A program made the position numbers and the translations under genes. The notes below the pieces were generated by a model that saw nothing but the letters and a program-made list of their open reading frames with translations, was not told the DNA's origin and did not search any database. A DNA stretch of 64,000 bases from Lama guanicoe (Eukaryota), in assembly GCA_013239625.1 (NCBI GenBank), contig MU053934.1:2101031-2165030 (forward strand), read 5' to 3'. Positions 60,246 to 64,000 of the stretch are shown in pieces. Each line of letters starts with the position of its first letter. Within the stretch, counting starts at the first letter, position 1.

Positions 60246-63179
60246 AGCTCCCTTCCAGATCCATTTCTCCACCCCCATTCTGTGGTCTCCTGCCAACACT
60301 GACTCTAAAGATCACCCTTCCTTAAGTTCTTTTGGGGGCAATGCTTCTCCTAGTTCTGTCACTTGCTAGACTTCCACTCACATCTTAGGGACAGATGTGG
60401 CTGTGGGAGAGCTAGAGTCCAGTGGGACATCATTTCAATATTCCTAAGAGTGGAGGCTCTGGCAGGCTGGACGAACATGAAGAGAATTCAGAAAAGACTG
60501 AAGCAATGGACTTGTCGCATTCAAACTCTAGCTAGAACAAACCGAAAGGGGGCTGGCTGCGCCCCCAGCCAGGAGACCAATGTGTCCCTTTGGCTGCTCC
60601 TTCCCAAAGCCATATTTACCCAGGCCTTTGAGCATTCAGGCCTTGGGGGAACTTGTGTGGCATCTGTGGCAGGAGGAACATTCCTTCCTCAGCCCATCTA
60701 TGTGTCGGGGAGACTAGCCTCTGATGGCTGTCTGCCTTGGTCTCTCCCCACCTCATTTCATGCAGGTCCTGCTTCTGCTCCTTCTAGAGCTTGCATGGGG
60801 TTAACACTGTTTTCTGGATCAGAGCACCTTCCTTCCTTGCCTTTTATTTCTACTTTCTGGTAAAGCCATCAGCTTCCAGATATCCAGCCCTGGAGCCCAT
60901 CTTGCAGGGCTCACCATACTGAGAGAAAGAAAGCCACAAAGTTCTGGGTCTGCCAGAGGCTTCCATTGTGGAAACTCCTCCAGCCCTCCTCACTGCCTGG
61001 AGTGGGGTGTTTCCGTCGGGGACGCCTTCTCCCACCAGCCTAACATCTAACTTTAACCCAAATGCCACCCCTGATTCCCATGCCCGGGCCCCTTGAGTGC
61101 ATCCCATCTTCTTGGACCTTTTTCCCTCCAAGTCCCCTCCTAGTGTCCTGTTGCATGTGCATCTCAAGGTAAAGGCCAGTCTTACGTCCCTGTTTGAATC
61201 TTTTCCACCAGGAAATTCATGGATTAACTTCTGAAAGACTCTCTTCTACTTTCCCTACTCAAATCTGCTCAGAGCTTAGCTCTCCCTCTGTGGTTCCTGC
61301 CAAAGCCTATCTATGACCTTCGGAAAATGACCTTTGATCATTTCCTCCAGCCCTGCAACCATTTAGTGAGGGTTAAGTGTATCCTTCATTCTCTTTGAGC
61401 CCTGCCCCTCCCGAGACGACAGCAATTCAACACCCCTGTCTTTCCAGATCCCAGCTCCAGGGCAGTAGGAGGAGGATGGCTCAAGTTTTGCCCAGGACAT
61501 CTATCCGTTGAAATCTGCATGCCTCAGACTTTTGTTCTCAGGGAATTTCCTGTTTCTCCAGTTCAATCAACACATGCCATTTTTATGTACTCCCAACCTT
61601 CCTGTTCTGATAGCAAATCCAAACCCTATCTCTTAAACCAGTCCCATTCCTTCCTGATATTCTGAGCAACCACATTCCTAGATATGGGTGTTTTACATCC
61701 TTCTTAGCTGCTGGCTTTTTAATAATCCCACTGAGATTTTTCTCTCCCTGAAGGATGATGGGGCTGGCACAGAGTCTGAACGACTAGGGCCCTCATCCCT
61801 CTGGTCTGTTTCCTGATACCACCCACCTGTCCCTGCAGTCCACTGTGACAGAGGCCAACAGCAGGGACTACCCAGATCCATGTCCACCTGTGTGGTGGGG
61901 GAGGGGAGACTCCAGGGTCCCTTGGTCTTCAATCTACAAGGCTGGCCCCACCCCTGTCCCTTCCTTAATGGAAGAGGACGTTCAAACAAGACAAAGAACA
62001 GAATCAGGGTGGCTGGACTATTGCAACACAAACCACCTGAAGGCCCCAAACCTCATCTGAGTGCCCGCCAGCTCTTGGGGAACACAGCAGAGGTTTTGCT
62101 GGTCACAGTCGTGGTCTGTAACAGGGTGGATAAAGGGTGGAGACAAGAAAAGCAAGGCATAGAGCCAAGAATTGTTCCACTTTCCAGAGAGAAACAGCCT
62201 GAATAACAATGCTACTTGTTTTGTGGTATTGAATAGATCCTTAAATAGAATGGACAAATTTCCTTTTGCTATAATCAGATACCTGCCTTGGCCTCAGTCC
62301 CAGCTGCGCAGCTTCCCTGTGAGCCCTGGAATCCCCACATTGTCCCTTGGTCCCAGCCCATGGTGGGCATCTTCTCAGCCTCAGGTGCGCTCCAATCTGC
62401 AGGGTAGGGGTGGGGTTCTGGGTACAGATTGTTCCTTGAATTCTTCCAGGCACCCCTCCTTCCTTCCTTGATTTCCTGTTGTGGTCACCAAGCACACAAG
62501 AGCAGTGGGCTCATGGAAAGAAATTAAGGGGAATTATTCATGGTTACTAATATCCAACCAATTCTTGTCTTCCAATCGCAGTGCAGAAATTCTCTGGTAA
62601 TTATTCCTGGAGTGAGAACCAGGCCTGGAAGCAGGTGGAACTTTTCTCCTCTTCCTGGAGCTAATGGCTGGGCCAGGGGAGCCATATGACAATCACTTAT
62701 CCCACCAGCTGCATGACAAGGATGGCCAACGAGATCCCCACCCCACCACTGCCAGATGCCAGCAGAGAACTGAAACAGGGCAGGATGAATGGGAGCCAGA
62801 GAGGAACTGGGAGGAAGGGAAATCTGGTGGGGTCTGGGGAAGAAAGAAGGAAGAGGGAATCACATGAATCCCTGGTGGGGAAGGGGAGAGCCTTGATCTG
62901 TGGGTGCCTCCGTGAGGTGGGGAGTGAGGAGGAAGCCTGAAGCTTTTAAGGATCAGCACCCCTGCCCACTAGTAACACAGCCATCCATCACTTCAGGGGC
63001 CTACCCCACTCCCTTAAGGGGATGCTTACTAGTGAGGGAGGAGGGCAGAGGGTGGAGGTCCTGCTCCCCTACTGCCCCGCAGGGGGAGACGGGAGCTTCT
63101 GCAAAGGCCTAATTGGGGTGCCCACCTGCTCAGGACAATGCCTCCTGCCTCTCTGCACATTTACCCTGTCCCGTAGCCA

Positions 63180-63880
63180 TGGAGGATGGCTCTAAGGCCC
63201 CCTTGAGCCAATCAGAATCTCTCCCCAGGAAATCAGAAAGCCTGGGCGAAAATCCTCAGAGACAGAAGCTGCGGAGCTGAGGCCGGGAGGGAACCACATC
63301 TCCTCCGCTGGGATCACTAAGGCTTTCTGGGCTCCTGCTCTTCCCAAAGCCTGCTTCTGAAGCTGTGTATGTGTGTCTATGTGTGTCTGAAACTATGTAT
63401 GTCTGTGTCTGTGAATTTCTTTAATTCCGTGAACATTCTGGATCATTCCAGTAAATACCTCTGTTCTTGAGTTTGCCAGAAGTTACTTGGTTTTTGTTTT
63501 TGTTCTTGCATTTGACTTTGTCTTTATTTTTCTTGGTTGCTATTGTTTTGCTCGCAACCAAAGAATCTTGACTGACACAGAAATGGGTACCCAAGAGTTG
63601 GTGGCAGCCCACAGACCCTCAGGAGGGCTGGCATGTTTGGAATTGGTTTTCTGGCTGAGAGGGGTTGGGGGACCAGGACATGGGGAAGCCCCTCCCCTCT
63701 GTATTCTGGGAGGCAGCCACTGTCAGTGCGGAAGGGACCAGAAAGGCTGGGATCTGGAGGAGGACAGTCGCTTCTGATGCTTCAGACAAACACTCGGATG
63801 ACATCTTGAAACTTCTCCTCAAGGCATCAAATAAATTCTAGCTGTTTATGTTTTCAGCTGGAAAACTGTCCTATAAGAAC
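63180..63880 (+). mobile_element. ancient ERVL/MaLR LTR followed by the start of the internal region
   Basis: LTR end GCAACCAAAGAATCTTGACTGACACA (to 63579) directly followed by GAAATGGGTACCCAAGAGT, resembling the MaLR/ERVL internal start. Confidence 0.55.
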
Positions 63881-64000
63881 TAAAGTCAGAGATGGATTCT
63901 GGAGGTTTCTGATTCACGTGATGAATTCAATCCTCACTAGATCTTTTCAGTGATAATTAAGGCACAGATGGGGATGAGCTGCATGCTAATTTCCTGCGGC

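Noticed and set aside
831..63822. All ORFs in the six-frame track as protein-coding genes
   Set aside because: Short (under 200 aa), overlapping on both strands, with no recognisable domains; many lie in MIR/L1/LTR remnants, and I could not build a consistent exon chain

Overview
Mammalian non-coding DNA, most likely camelid (alpaca/vicuna/camel), judged from 11 copies of a tRNA-derived SINE matching my recollection of the camelid vic-1 family plus cetartiodactyl-type L1 3' ends. I find no credible protein-coding exon, RNA gene or CRISPR array. The ORF track is explained by chance ORFs and decayed transposon sequence. Much of the window is interspersed repeat (MIR, L2, old L1/HAL1, MaLR/ERVL LTRs, hAT-Charlie and Tigger DNA transposons). 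The most notable structures are: (1) a 5,089-bp head-to-tail duplication (45470-50558 / 50560-55648, about 99.8% identical) whose right breakpoint sits at the 5' end of an older L1 insertion; (2) an exact 150-bp-period duplication at a (TA)n tract; (3) an intact 563-bp betaretrovirus-like solo LTR with a perfect 6-bp target-site duplication (TSD); (4) a CpG-rich non-repeat element at about 16.35-17.4 kb with CTCF, E-box, octamer and homeodomain motifs; (5) further CTCF-consensus sites and nested or re-used insertion sites. I do not see evidence for a wholly new biological system. Repeat subfamily names come from recognised consensus features, not from a search, and boundaries of old repeats are approximate.
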